32,000 nt of DNA from Methanococcus maripaludis. Its GTDB lineage: Archaea > AGJL01 > Methanococci > Methanococcales > Methanococcaceae. Below are positions 9,647-20,845 of this stretch, piece by piece (position 1 is the first letter of the stretch; the number at the start of each line of letters is the position of its first letter). The notes below the pieces were generated by a model. The model was given only the letters and a program-made list of their open reading frames with translations, searched no databases and was not told the DNA's origin. The DNA is taken from assembly GCF_002945325.1 (NCBI RefSeq), contig NZ_CP026606.1, positions 1,470,001 through 1,502,000 of the forward strand, in the 5' to 3' direction. Position numbers and translations under genes: made by a program.

Positions 9647-11656
9647 ATGGATTTTTATGAATTTAAAGAATATTCCAAAGAAAAATTTCCATATCATGGA
9701 ATGAGGCCCCAGCAAGAAGTTTTGATGGGAAAAATTTACGAATGTGTAACAAAAAAGAAAAATCTTGTAGTTGAGGCTCCAACAGGCGTTGGAAAAACTC
9801 TTTCTTACCTTATCCCTGCACTGTACTTTGCAGAACGCGGAAAACGAGTAATGATTCTCACAGAAACGATTGATCAACAAGAAAGAATCGTAGAAGATTT
9901 AAATTCGCTCAAACACAATTTAAAAGTATCTTTTATGATGGGAAAGGGAAATTTTTTCTGTAAATCAAAAGGGGAAAAGGCAAACACGCTTTACTGTCAA
10001 TTAAATAAAGGCTGTATTTACAGGCCAAACAAAAAACCAGTATGTGTCTGCGGTACAAAAAAAGAAAAAATTGAATTTGATGGAAATACAACATTTTACT
10101 GCCCGCTTTGTCTGTGCGATTATCAAAAAGCAAAAATCGAATCTTTTGATGCAAATATAATCGTGATGAATAACAGTATTTACTATTATTTAAAAGACGA
10201 AATCGACAAAAAGAAACAAACTGACATTGTAATTTGTGACGAAGCCCATAAACTTGAAGGAAGTATTAGAAATGCTGCAACAATTGTTATAAATCCAAAA
10301 TATGCCTTAAGAAGACTTAGATTTATGGCATACCACTACTCAAATTCAAGATTAAGAGTGCATATGGATAGGGTCACTGAAGAAGATGACGAAATTTTCT
10401 GGACGATAGTTGAAGATTACGTTGTAAAAAATGCATCCGGAAAAGATTGTAAGAATTCTTTAGTATTTGATGGATTTAAGATTACTTCATTTGGATTAAA
10501 AGAAGATGTGGCAATTTTGGGAACTCTTCTCGAAGGTTACAACGAAATAGTAAAAATTAAAGAAAAAATTGAAGATTTATCTGAAAATGAAGAACTTGAA
10601 AAAAAAGATTTGAAATTTAAAATCGATAACAAGGCATTAATCCCGTTAGAACTTCAATTTGTTGCAGATAGAAGAATATCCGATGTTCCGATGGTGGAAT
10701 TTTTGGAAAATCTAGGAAATCTTAGGAATATTACTGGAAATTTTGTAGTTTATAAAAATAATGGATCGATTCTTTGCGAACCCGTACTCGTTTCAACGTA
10801 TTTAAATAGACTTTACGGGGATGCATCAGTAGTTCACTGTTCTGCAACACTTGGTGATCTGAAAATTCACGCGATAAAGACAGGAATGGGAAGAAGTGAA
10901 ACACTACTTTTGGACAGCCCATTTTCAAAAGATAGGCGAAACATAATCGCGCTATCTGATGGGGAAGATATGAAATTTAATTCCATAGATTTTCAATCAA
11001 ACAATAAAAAAAGAAACAAGGCAAATGAAAATCTGTTTAAAATGGTAAACGCCGCAAAAGGAAATACTTTGATACTTTTTAAGAGTTTTGGAGATTTGAA
11101 AACGGCTCACGAATACTTTTTAGATGCGAGGTATCGAGGAAATATATACTGCTATGAGTCAGGAATGGATGGAAAAGCCGCAAAAAAATTAAAGGAAGAC
11201 TTTCAAAAATACGGGGGACTCCTTTTAGCAACAGGACGGTTTGCAGAAGGTGTGGATATTCCTGGAGATGCACTAACTTGTGTTATAATAGATAGCCTGC
11301 CATTTCCCGTTCCAACTCCACTTTTAAAAAGAGAACAGACCCTTCTTGAAGAGCGTTTGAAGTCAAGAAAAGTTAAAGATGCTCACTGGAGTGCATTTTT
11401 GATGACATCCTTTCACATAATGGCAAGAACAGTTATACAAATGATTGGACGATTAATAAGGACTGAAACTGATTATGGTGTTGTAGTTATACAGGATAAA
11501 AGATTTAATGATTGGGTTGGCTCAGAAATGCTTAAAAGAAAGTATTTAAAAGACAAATTCCTCCCAATGTCAGTTGATACTGCTACAGAATACATTCCAA
11601 AGTTTATGAAAAAGATGAAAGAAGATAATTTAAAAAATAGCTCTTTTTTTAAATAA
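9647..11656 (+). CDS. XPD/Rad3/DinG-family SF2 DNA helicase (DEAH box, Fe-S domain)
   Basis: ORF track starts at the TTG at 9563, but a TATA-like element (acatatataaaagg, ~9585-9598) lies inside that extension, so the ATG at 9647 is preferred. Motif I APTGVGKT, motif II CDEAH, CSATL, motif V ATGRFAEGVDIPG, motif VI QMIGRLIRTETDYG. Cys-rich insert between motifs Ia and II. Confidence 0.85.
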   Translation: MDFYEFKEYSKEKFPYHGMRPQQEVLMGKIYECVTKKKNLVVEAPTGVGKTLSYLIPALYFAERGKRVMILTETIDQQERIVEDLNSLKHNLKVSFMMGKGNFFCKSKGEKANTLYCQLNKGCIYRPNKKPVCVCGTKKEKIEFDGNTTFYCPLCLCDYQKAKIESFDANIIVMNNSIYYYLKDEIDKKKQTDIVICDEAHKLEGSIRNAATIVINPKYALRRLRFMAYHYSNSRLRVHMDRVTEEDDEIFWTIVEDYVVKNASGKDCKNSLVFDGFKITSFGLKEDVAILGTLLEGYNEIVKIKEKIEDLSENEELEKKDLKFKIDNKALIPLELQFVADRRISDVPMVEFLENLGNLRNITGNFVVYKNNGSILCEPVLVSTYLNRLYGDASVVHCSATLGDLKIHAIKTGMGRSETLLLDSPFSKDRRNIIALSDGEDMKFNSIDFQSNNKKRNKANENLFKMVNAAKGNTLILFKSFGDLKTAHEYFLDARYRGNIYCYESGMDGKAAKKLKEDFQKYGGLLLATGRFAEGVDIPGDALTCVIIDSLPFPVPTPLLKREQTLLEERLKSRKVKDAHWSAFLMTSFHIMARTVIQMIGRLIRTETDYGVVVIQDKRFNDWVGSEMLKRKYLKDKFLPMSVDTATEYIPKFMKKMKEDNLKNSSFFK

Positions 11657-11782
11657 TTTAATGCTAATTCTTTTTATCAACTTTATCCACCTATGCACTT
11701 ATATTACATTCAAAAAATTATATATTCATGTAGCACATAGGAATTGATAACTAAAATTTAGAGAGATTTATCGGGTGATTTA

Positions 11783-13030
11783 ATGTTCATGAGGGAAATT
11801 GAATTAAAAGGGCACATAATTGACAGCTTTATACTTGCAAAAGTTTTTGATAGGACTTTAGAACTCGGCGGAGATTATAAGGTTTTGGAATTTGATATAG
11901 GAAAGAAAAAAATCGATACATCATACGCAAAATTATTAATTTCAGGAAATACCCAGCAGCACCTCGACCAGATTTTGGAGGAACTTCAGAATGTTGGTGC
12001 AAATATCCCTGAAATTGAAAATGCTAACTTAAAACCTGCTTTAAAAGATAGCGTTTTACCAGATGGATTTTATTCAACTACAAATCACCCAACACACGTA
12101 AAAGTAAATGACGAATGGATAGAAGTTGCAAATCCAAAAATGGATGCAGTAATTGTTGTTTATCCTGAAGAAAAACGGGCAGAAACAAAAGTCATTAGAA
12201 AGGTAAAGAAAGGAGACTTCGTATTAATTGGCCACAACGGAATTAGGGTAATGCCTCCAGAAAAATCAAGAGAAGCAGGACAGCTTTTTGAATTTATGAA
12301 CTCCGAAGTATCTTCTGAAAAGCCAAAAGAAGCGATTATTAAAAGAATTGCAAAAGAAATGCACGAAATAAGAGAAGAATACAAAAAAACTGGAACTGGC
12401 GGAATTGCGATTGTTGGCGGCCCTGCGATTATACACACAGGCGGAGGTCCAGCTTTAGCAAAAATGGTCGAACTTGGATACATTCAAGCAATTTTGGCAG
12501 GAAATGCCCTTGCAACACACGACATCGAATCCGCATTATATGGAACTTCACTTGGAGTAAATATAAAAACTGCAAAACCTGTAACTGGGGGACATAAACA
12601 CCACATTTATGCAATAAATGCAATAAATGATGCTGGAAACATCAAAAATGCGGTGGAAAGCGGCGTATTAAAAGAAGGTATAATGTACCAGTGTATAAAA
12701 AATAATGTTCCATACGTTCTTGCAGGAAGTATTAGGGATGATGGACCAATTCCTGACGTTATAACTGATGCCATGGTTGCACAAGATAAAATGAGAACTA
12801 CTGTAATGGACAAAAAAATGGTTATAATGCTATCAACACTTCTACACTCCGTTGCAACAGGTAACTTAATGCCGTCATACATAAAAACAGTCTGTGTCGA
12901 TATACAGCCTTCAACCGTTACTAAATTAATGGACAGGGGAACTTCTCAGGCAATTGGGGTAGTTACTGACGTAGGGGTATTTTTAGTCCTCTTATTAAAA
13001 GAATTAGAAAGGCTTGAACTACAGGAATAA
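11783..13030 (+). CDS. LOR/SDH-like (TIGR00300-type) protein; candidate archaeal ornithine cyclodeaminase
   Basis: GGGTGA RBS 4 nt upstream. N-terminus IELKGHIIDSFILAKVFD and the glycine-rich GGIAIVGGPAIIHTGGGPALAKM...ILAGNALATHD core are typical of this conserved archaeal family. The functional call rests on my recollection that a methanococcal member was assigned ornithine cyclodeaminase activity. Confidence 0.6.
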   Translation: MFMREIELKGHIIDSFILAKVFDRTLELGGDYKVLEFDIGKKKIDTSYAKLLISGNTQQHLDQILEELQNVGANIPEIENANLKPALKDSVLPDGFYSTTNHPTHVKVNDEWIEVANPKMDAVIVVYPEEKRAETKVIRKVKKGDFVLIGHNGIRVMPPEKSREAGQLFEFMNSEVSSEKPKEAIIKRIAKEMHEIREEYKKTGTGGIAIVGGPAIIHTGGGPALAKMVELGYIQAILAGNALATHDIESALYGTSLGVNIKTAKPVTGGHKHHIYAINAINDAGNIKNAVESGVLKEGIMYQCIKNNVPYVLAGSIRDDGPIPDVITDAMVAQDKMRTTVMDKKMVIMLSTLLHSVATGNLMPSYIKTVCVDIQPSTVTKLMDRGTSQAIGVVTDVGVFLVLLLKELERLELQE

Positions 13031-13047
13031 TTGTTTTGAGGAATATC

Positions 13048-13707
13048 ATGTCAGAAACACAGTATTCAAAAGAATTAATTAAAAAAGCAGTAGAAACGAT
13101 TTCAAAGGCAAAAACAGTTTCTGCTACTCAAAATTTTGAAAAAAATGAAAATAAAAAAACATTTTCTGATGCAAAATCTGGAAAAATCGATACAATAGAG
13201 TTTAAAAAGGCAGTACATTCACTTTTTGAAGCTGATGAATATCTTTACAAATATGCACCAAATCATGATTTAGACGAAGAAAAAGCCAGAGAATTTTCAA
13301 AACTTTTATTCGATGCACAAAAACATATTAACAATGTTTTAGGCGGATTTGGATTTGATATTGAAACAGTTGCTTTAGATGGGCAGGCTTTGTATATTGT
13401 AAGCAATAAAAAAGTTTTAAAATCATTAAAAGACATCAATCCATATTTAAATATTATTTCAACAGAAGGAGTTTTGGAAATCGAGGATATGAAAGTTGTA
13501 AATCCAAAGATTCCTGAAAAAGCACTGCCTGGAATAGAAAAAAAATGTAAAATTACAAAAGAACAGATTTCAAAAGTTATATCAAATATATCTCCTTCTA
13601 AAGTCGTAGTACTTGTTAAAGATGGAGATGTTGCTGATGAATTAATATACAAACGGGCAAAAGAACTTTACAACGCAGAAAAATTAAATGCTGACGAAAT
13701 ACTTTAA
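13048..13707 (+). CDS. Hypothetical protein (219 aa), Lys/Glu-rich, no recognisable motif
   Basis: ORF track starts at the TTG at 13036. The ATG at 13048 follows GAGGAA. It begins 17 nt after the preceding gene's stop, so it is probably co-transcribed. Coding-like composition, with no competing ORF other than an antisense shadow. Confidence 0.6.
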   Translation: MSETQYSKELIKKAVETISKAKTVSATQNFEKNENKKTFSDAKSGKIDTIEFKKAVHSLFEADEYLYKYAPNHDLDEEKAREFSKLLFDAQKHINNVLGGFGFDIETVALDGQALYIVSNKKVLKSLKDINPYLNIISTEGVLEIEDMKVVNPKIPEKALPGIEKKCKITKEQISKVISNISPSKVVVLVKDGDVADELIYKRAKELYNAEKLNADEIL

Positions 13708-13732
13708 TTTTTTATTCATTTTTATTTTATTT
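13708..13732 (+). terminator. Oligo-T tracts (archaeal intrinsic terminator candidate)
   Basis: ttttttattcatttttattttattt lies immediately after the stop at 13705-13707. Archaeal RNAP terminates at T-runs. Confidence 0.4.
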
Positions 13733-13743
13733 AAGGTGTTTTT

Positions 13744-14859
13744 ATGTCGATTGATGATAAAGTAAGATTAATAGTTAAGGAATTTAAAGCATACGTTCCT
13801 GGAAAATCAAAAGAAGAAATTGCACGAAATTACGGAATAAATCCAGAAAAAATCATTAAATTGGGATCAAATGAAAACCCATGGGGCTGTTCACCAAAAA
13901 TTGGAGAAAAATTAATAAATGAAGTTTCAAATCTCCACCAGTATCCTCAACCTATAAACCCTGAATTAATGGATGAGATAAGTAAATTCACAAAAATGCC
14001 TGTTGAAAATATTATTGTTGGAGGAGACGGGGCTGATGAAGTAATCGATAACATCATGAGGATATTAATCGATGAAGGCGATGAAGTAATCATTCCAATT
14101 CCAACATTTACGCAGTACGCAATTTCTGCAAAAATTCACGGTGCAAACATAAAATGGGCAAAATTTGACGAAGAAAATGGATTTAAACTTGATTTAGAAA
14201 GCGTTTTGAACAATATAACTGAAAAAACGAAAGCAATATTTTTATGTACTCCAAATAACCCTACTGGAAACGTAATTCCAAAAGAAGATATTAAAAAAAT
14301 CGTTGAAAGTACAGACGCACTTGTAATGATTGACCACGCATATATCGAATATTCAAAGGAAGAATATGATTTAACCAGTTGGGCTTTAAAATATGACAAT
14401 GTACTTGTTTTGAGAACATTTTCAAAAGTATTCGGGCTTGCAGGACAGAGAGTCGGATACGGTGTTACAAGTAAAAAAGTTGTTGACTACATGATGAGAA
14501 TAAAACCAATCTTTAGTTTAACAAGAGCATCGCAAGTCTCTGCAATAACTGCACTTTTGGACAAGGAATTCTTTGAAAAATGCTTAAAAGAAGGAATCGA
14601 AAGTAGGGAAGAAATTTACAATGGTTTGAAAAAATTCAAACAACTTGAAGTTTATCCAACTGAGGCAAACTACATGCTCGTAAAAGTTAAAAACGGTATG
14701 AATTCGAGCGAGTTTTGTGAAGCACTTTTGAAAAAAGGAGTAATTGTAAGGGACTGCTATTCTTTTGAAGGGCTTGAACCATATTATTTTAGAGTTTCAA
14801 TTGGAACATTTGAAGAAAACGAAAGATTCCTAAAGATAATGTCCGAAATAGTTGAATAA
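13744..14859 (+). CDS. hisC: Histidinol-phosphate aminotransferase
   Basis: AAGGTG RBS. Class-II aminotransferase motifs [17 protein letters not shown] and [16 protein letters not shown] (PLP lysine). 371 aa. Confidence 0.9.
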   Translation: MSIDDKVRLIVKEFKAYVPGKSKEEIARNYGINPEKIIKLGSNENPWGCSPKIGEKLINEVSNLHQYPQPINPELMDEISKFTKMPVENIIVGGDGADEVIDNIMRILIDEGDEVIIPIPTFTQYAISAKIHGANIKWAKFDEENGFKLDLESVLNNITEKTKAIFLCTPNNPTGNVIPKEDIKKIVESTDALVMIDHAYIEYSKEEYDLTSWALKYDNVLVLRTFSKVFGLAGQRVGYGVTSKKVVDYMMRIKPIFSLTRASQVSAITALLDKEFFEKCLKEGIESREEIYNGLKKFKQLEVYPTEANYMLVKVKNGMNSSEFCEALLKKGVIVRDCYSFEGLEPYYFRVSIGTFEENERFLKIMSEIVE

Positions 14860-14860
14860 C

Positions 14861-14886
14861 TCTTATTTTTTAATTTTATTTTTTTA
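14861..14886 (+). terminator. Oligo-T tracts downstream of hisC
   Basis: tcttattttttaattttattttttt directly follows the hisC stop. Confidence 0.45.
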
Positions 14887-14982
14887 ATAATGTTTTAAAT
14901 TTATCGCAAATATTAAATGTCTTGTTTTTCTATAGTTTCGCTAAAGAAAATTTACAAATTAAAAAATTTCTCGGTGTGTAAA

Positions 14983-16461
14983 ATGGCTAAATTTATCATG
15001 GTCGTAGGAACCTCTTCAAACAGTGGGAAAACCGTTTTGGTGTCTGGAATCTGCAGGATGCTCTCAAACAAAGGTTACAAGGTAGCGCCATTTAAATCAC
15101 AGAACATGAGTTTAAATTCGAGAGTTAGTGTCGAAGATGGGGAAATTGCAGTAGCACAGTATACTCAGGCAATGGCTGCAAGAGCTGAGCCATCTGTTCA
15201 TTTTAACCCGATTTTATTAAAGCCAAAGGGAAATTTTGTATCCCAAGTGATCGTTCATGGAACTCCTTACGAAGATAGGGATTACAATGAATACCGGTCT
15301 AAAAAAGACGAATTTTTGATTAAAATAAAAGAAAGCATTGATTATTTAGATGAAAATTATGATTATGTTGTAATTGAAGGTGCTGGAAGCTGTTGTGAAA
15401 TAAATTTATTAAAAGATGACATTGCAAACTTAAAAGTTGCAGAAATTGCTGGAGCTGATGCAATACTTGTGTCAGACATTGATAGGGGCGGTGTTTTTGC
15501 ATCAATTTATGGAACAGTCCAATTATTGCCTGAAAATTGGAAAAAGCTATTAAAAGGATTTGTAATTAATAAATTTAGGGGAAATATTGATGTTTTAAAA
15601 GATGGATTTGAAAAAATTGAGGAACTTACAAACATTCCTGTTATTGGAACAATACCTTACGATGAAACTTTAGTACTTCCTGAAGAAGACAGCCAGGCAT
15701 TGGAGGGTAAACGAGTATTTGGAAATTTAAAAAGCCCAATTGAAGTAAATGTAGTTAAATTTTCAAAGATTGCAAATTTTACAGATGTTGATCCATTTTC
15801 AAGCGACTGTTTAATGAAATACATTGATTTTAATGAAAATATAACTGGGGATATCCTGATATTGCCTGGAACAAGATGTTCTACCGTTGAAATGGATTTG
15901 ATGAAAAAGTATGGAATGGATAAAAAAATTTTAGAATTTGTGGAAAATGGTGGAATCGTCCTTGGAATCTGCGGAGGATACCAAGCGTTAGGAAAAATGC
16001 TATTTGATGAAGATTTTTCAGAAGGCGATGTTGGAACAATTTCGGGCTTGGGATTATTTGATATGGAAACGACTTTTGGAAATAAAAAGGCAATAAAAAA
16101 TTCAACTGGAAAAATATCTATCTTTAATCAAAATTTTAATGTGTCGGGCTATGAATTGCATGAAGGATATTCAGTTTCAAATGAAACTCCGTTAATATCT
16201 CTTTCAAAAGGTTTTGGAAATTGTGGGGATTCATATGACGGCTCCTTTAAGATGATTGGAGATTCGTATATTTTTGGAACTTACTTTCACGGGATACTTG
16301 AAAATTTTGAATTTAGAAATTACCTCGTAAATCTTGCAAGAAGCAAAAAAAATCTATCAAAAATTGAAGACGACACTTATGCTGAACTTTTCAATGAAAA
16401 TATGGATAAATTATCTAAAATAATTGAAGAAAGTTTGGATTTTTCAAAAATTATAGAATAA
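14983..16461 (+). CDS. cobQ: Cobyric acid synthase CobQ/CbiP
   Basis: ORF track starts at 14917. The ATG at 14983 ([17 protein letters not shown]) follows GGTG. P-loop domain plus a C-terminal glutamine amidotransferase with GICGGYQ (nucleophile Cys) and GTYFHG. Confidence 0.9.
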   Translation: MAKFIMVVGTSSNSGKTVLVSGICRMLSNKGYKVAPFKSQNMSLNSRVSVEDGEIAVAQYTQAMAARAEPSVHFNPILLKPKGNFVSQVIVHGTPYEDRDYNEYRSKKDEFLIKIKESIDYLDENYDYVVIEGAGSCCEINLLKDDIANLKVAEIAGADAILVSDIDRGGVFASIYGTVQLLPENWKKLLKGFVINKFRGNIDVLKDGFEKIEELTNIPVIGTIPYDETLVLPEEDSQALEGKRVFGNLKSPIEVNVVKFSKIANFTDVDPFSSDCLMKYIDFNENITGDILILPGTRCSTVEMDLMKKYGMDKKILEFVENGGIVLGICGGYQALGKMLFDEDFSEGDVGTISGLGLFDMETTFGNKKAIKNSTGKISIFNQNFNVSGYELHEGYSVSNETPLISLSKGFGNCGDSYDGSFKMIGDSYIFGTYFHGILENFEFRNYLVNLARSKKNLSKIEDDTYAELFNENMDKLSKIIEESLDFSKIIE

Positions 16462-16559
16462 CCTAAATCTCAATTTAAATTTTTAATACTTTTTTTAAAG
16501 ATTTTTAATATTGGTTCTCACATATTTTTTAATATCTCTATTTTTGGGGAGGGTGACTT

Positions 16560-17237
16560 ATGATCGATGAAAAAGCTAGATCCGAACTTGAATATTACAT
16601 TCGTTATGAACTGAGAGGAGTTTATAAAAGCAGGATGGATGAAGACATTTACGAAATCGAGTTTGAGAATATGTCATATTCTAAATATTTTAAAAAATTA
16701 CTCGAAAAAGATGGCATAAAAACTAAAGATGTAAAAAACATCTCAAAAGTTGCAATTTTTAAGGATCAGTATATTGGAAGAATAATTGCATTATTAAAAA
16801 AAGAGCGAATGGATGAATTAATTGAATCAATGAACTTTCAAACGTCAGTAATTGAATTTATATCTCGAAATTTTAATCCGATAATTACAAGCGGTCGTGA
16901 AAGCGGTATAATTCGTTTTAAAATGATAGATGGTGGGGAAAATTATGCATACAAAGAATTAAAAGAACTTGGGTTCAATGTATCAATTGAAAACGGTTCA
17001 ATAACTGTAGATATTTCCAAAACTGTCAAAGAAATGTTTAAAAGAGTATCAACTGTTTTTGATCTAGAAAATATGACTCCATATTACGCATTTAGTGTAA
17101 CTGAAGACGAAGCAGTTGACAAATGTAAAAAACTAGATGAATTATTCGTACCATACAAATATTCCGATGTTCATCGCGAAATATACATTGATTTTGATTC
17201 ATTAAAATATGAAATATCAAAATTTAATGGTAATTAG
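16560..17237 (+). CDS. Hypothetical protein (225 aa), no recognisable motif
   Basis: Very strong RBS GGGGAGGGTGA 4 nt before the ATG. Own promoter-like AT-rich region upstream. No signal peptide or TM segment, and no catalytic motif that I recognise. Confidence 0.6.
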   Translation: MIDEKARSELEYYIRYELRGVYKSRMDEDIYEIEFENMSYSKYFKKLLEKDGIKTKDVKNISKVAIFKDQYIGRIIALLKKERMDELIESMNFQTSVIEFISRNFNPIITSGRESGIIRFKMIDGGENYAYKELKELGFNVSIENGSITVDISKTVKEMFKRVSTVFDLENMTPYYAFSVTEDEAVDKCKKLDELFVPYKYSDVHREIYIDFDSLKYEISKFNGN

Positions 17238-17249
17238 AACTTGCTAATT

Positions 17250-17275
17250 TTAATTAAAAAAAAATAAAAAATGTA
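17250..17275 (-). terminator. Oligo-T run (minus strand) downstream of the DUF35 gene, in a convergent gap
   Basis: The plus-strand A-run aaaaaaaaataaaaaa reads as a T-run on the minus strand, about 10-30 nt after the stop at 17284. Confidence 0.5.
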
Positions 17276-17283
17276 TTTATTTA

Positions 17284-17673
17284 TTATTCAGTTGGAACAA
17301 ATTTGTATCCGTAGCTGATTACGCCATCGCATCCATCTTCTCTTATTTTTCTAAATGTTGCTTCTACAGGCATTCCTATTTTAACTTCTTCTGGTTCACA
17401 GTCGATTTGGGATGTGATTTTTGTACCTTCTTCAAGTTCCACGATACCAATTACGTAAGGGGACTGTTTTTCAAAGTCTTTAGGTGCAGCGTATACTACG
17501 GAGTAGGTGTACACTTTACCTTTACCGTTTAATTTGTAATCTTCCAATTCTCCTTTTCTTCTGCATTCTGGGCAGACACTTCTTGCAGGGAAGTAAACGG
17601 TTCCACATGTTTTACATTTTGATCCAATAAGGTTGTACCTTTCTTGCATGCTTCTCCAGGTTCTTACTACCAT
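17284..17673 (-). CDS. DUF35 OB-fold/zinc-ribbon protein (scaffold of the thiolase/HMG-CoA synthase complex)
   Basis: ORF track runs to 17691. The ATG at 17673 follows GGTGAG. Zn-ribbon CKTCGTVYFPARSVCPEC followed by an OB-fold region. Third gene after HMGCS and thiolase. Confidence 0.85.
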   Translation of the reverse strand: MVVRTWRSMQERYNLIGSKCKTCGTVYFPARSVCPECRRKGELEDYKLNGKGKVYTYSVVYAAPKDFEKQSPYVIGIVELEEGTKITSQIDCEPEEVKIGMPVEATFRKIREDGCDGVISYGYKFVPTE

Positions 17674-17711
17674 AATCTCACCGGAAATCATTTTTTAGCT
17701 TAAATTATTAA

Positions 17712-18908
<1,197 letters not shown>

Positions 18909-19958
18909 TTACATTCTAATTTTTCCTCTGTATTTCAAGTAAACTGCATAATCAACGTATTTTTTCTGTTCTAAAAGTTTTTCAGTTGTTATTTCTTTGT
19001 CAACTACTTCTGAAATCCTGTCAGTTACAGTAATGTCAAATGCGTCACTTCCTGCACCACTACCGTATGAAACAACGAATATTCTGTCGTCTGCTTTTGC
19101 ATGGTCTAAAATGTTCGAAAGTCCAAGTGGAACGGCTCCTGAGTATGTGTTTCCTAAATATGGTGTTAAAAGTCCATATTTGTACTGTTCTTCCGTAAAT
19201 CCTAATTTTTTAGCCGCAGTTAGGTAGAATTTTCCATTAGGCTGGTGGAATACACAGTAATCGTAATTTTTTGATGTTGTACCCATTTTTTCCATCATAC
19301 CTTTTGCACCGTTTAAAACGTGTTTAAAGTATGCAGGTTCACCTGTAAATCTACCACCGTGTTTTGGGTAGTGTTCATGTTCTCTTCTCCAGAAATCGGG
19401 AGTATCTGTGGTGTAAGAGTAAGTTCCGTTAAATTTAGCGATAAATTCTTCTTTTTTTGCACCGATAATGAATGCTGCACCGCCAGCTGCTGCAGTGTAT
19501 TCAAGGGCATCCCCTGGAGCGCCTTGAGCAGTATCTGCACCAACTGCCATAGCATATTCCATCATTTCGCTTCCAACTAAACCCATACACATCTGGATTC
19601 CTGCAGTTCCTGCTTTACATGCAAATTCTAAATCTGCAGCTGTAAAATCTGGTGATACACCACATGCTTCAGCAACAATTCCAGATGTTGGTTTTACTGC
19701 GTAAGGGTGGCTTTCACTTCCTACGTAAACAGCACCAATATCTTGTGGATTAATTCCTGCTCTTGATAATGCTCTTCTTGCAGACTGTACTGCAATTGTT
19801 GCAGTGTCTTCGTCAGGTCCTGGAACGCTTTTTTCGTTTACAACAAGACCTCTTTTGATTGCTTGAGCATCTTTACCCCAAGCACCAGCGATATCTTCAG
19901 CTTTTATTCTGTATTTTGGAAGGTCACTTCCATATCCTACAATACCTACTTCTTTCAT
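18909..19958 (-). CDS. Hydroxymethylglutaryl-CoA synthase (archaeal type)
   Basis: [18 protein letters not shown], catalytic Cys in LEFACKAGT, and His in [18 protein letters not shown]. 349 aa. Confidence 0.9.
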   Translation of the reverse strand: MKEVGIVGYGSDLPKYRIKAEDIAGAWGKDAQAIKRGLVVNEKSVPGPDEDTATIAVQSARRALSRAGINPQDIGAVYVGSESHPYAVKPTSGIVAEACGVSPDFTAADLEFACKAGTAGIQMCMGLVGSEMMEYAMAVGADTAQGAPGDALEYTAAAGGAAFIIGAKKEEFIAKFNGTYSYTTDTPDFWRREHEHYPKHGGRFTGEPAYFKHVLNGAKGMMEKMGTTSKNYDYCVFHQPNGKFYLTAAKKLGFTEEQYKYGLLTPYLGNTYSGAVPLGLSNILDHAKADDRIFVVSYGSGAGSDAFDITVTDRISEVVDKEITTEKLLEQKKYVDYAVYLKYRGKIRM

Positions 19959-20020
19959 TTGCTCACCATTTTTTTGTTAATGAACAATTGTTAAATTCAT
20001 AACAATATAAACAAAAAAAA

Positions 20021-20710
20021 TTATTTCATTTCTTTTAATCGTTTTAAAAGCTCATCGGTACTTAGTTCGGTTACTATAAGAGATATTCCCTCAAGTTCAG
20101 CAAGTTTAACCGCGAGCTTGTCAAGTTCGGAAACTCCGTTAAAGATCACGACTCTTGGTTTGATGTTGCTTACACGAATTGCAACCATAGGACTTCGTCC
20201 ACCAGAAACTTCGGTAAAAATCAATGCCCTTTCGGTTGTCCAACCGTATAGATTTAAAAAATCTTGACCGTTCATTTCTAAAATAGCTTTAACACTGTCT
20301 ACAACAGTATGGCCAAATAGCTGGTTACTTAGATTGTTTTCGCCACAGATTACTTTTCCTTCGATTGTGGAAAGTAATTCTTTGACTCCAATTGGGTTTT
20401 GGTATTCTTTAATCTGTAAAATCGCCTTCATCGAGGTAGGGTTCAACACCTTGCTCAATGCTTTTATGGTATGCCCGCCTCTTTCTTTGTCAATTTCTAA
20501 GAGTGCATATACATATTTTTTGACGATATTTACTCCTGGATTTTTTCTTCTGCCAACTTCGTAATCACTGATTACAGATGGGGAGACATCTAGGTACCTT
20601 GCAGTTTCTATCTGCGGTATGCCAAACATTTCTCTCCATTTTTTCATGGCTTTACCGATATCTTCGGACAATACAATTTCTCCCATGATATGTATCGCTA
20701 TTTTCTCCAT
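20021..20710 (-). CDS. XRE-family helix-turn-helix transcriptional regulator with an uncharacterised C-terminal alpha/beta domain
   Basis: HTH_3-like segment MKKWREMFGIPQIETARYLDVSPSVISDYEVGRRKNP. No RBS, and a TATA-like atatttatataag about 29 nt upstream of the ATG suggests a leaderless or near-leaderless mRNA. Confidence 0.7.
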   Translation of the reverse strand: MEKIAIHIMGEIVLSEDIGKAMKKWREMFGIPQIETARYLDVSPSVISDYEVGRRKNPGVNIVKKYVYALLEIDKERGGHTIKALSKVLNPTSMKAILQIKEYQNPIGVKELLSTIEGKVICGENNLSNQLFGHTVVDSVKAILEMNGQDFLNLYGWTTERALIFTEVSGGRSPMVAIRVSNIKPRVVIFNGVSELDKLAVKLAELEGISLIVTELSTDELLKRLKEMK

Positions 20711-20845
20711 GGCAGTATATGTGAGCTAATTCTTATATAAATATTTCGATTTAAAATAAAATATCATTCGATATATGTCGAAGTGGTCAAAAATGAAAAT
20801 CCAAAAATCAGTTATTTAAATTTGAAAAAATAGTTTTAAAATAGA

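Noticed and set aside
11690-11741. An inverted repeat CCTATG..CATAGG flanking the TATA-like element upstream of the LOR/SDH-like gene.
   Set aside because: Only 6 bp pair perfectly and the loop is ~38 nt. This is easily a chance occurrence in AT-rich intergenic DNA.
11661-11747. A 28-aa ORF (MLILFINFIHLCTYITFKKLYIHVAHRN) right after the helicase stop.
   Set aside because: It has no RBS, it spans the promoter/TATA region of the next gene, and its composition looks like translated AT-rich spacer.
20726-20800. TTCGAT / TCGAA repeats (ttcgattt...ttcgatatatgtcgaa) upstream of the HTH regulator, as a possible auto-operator.
   Set aside because: The arms are only 5 bp, which is not statistically distinguishable from background. 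I mention it only as a fragment to include in a binding assay.
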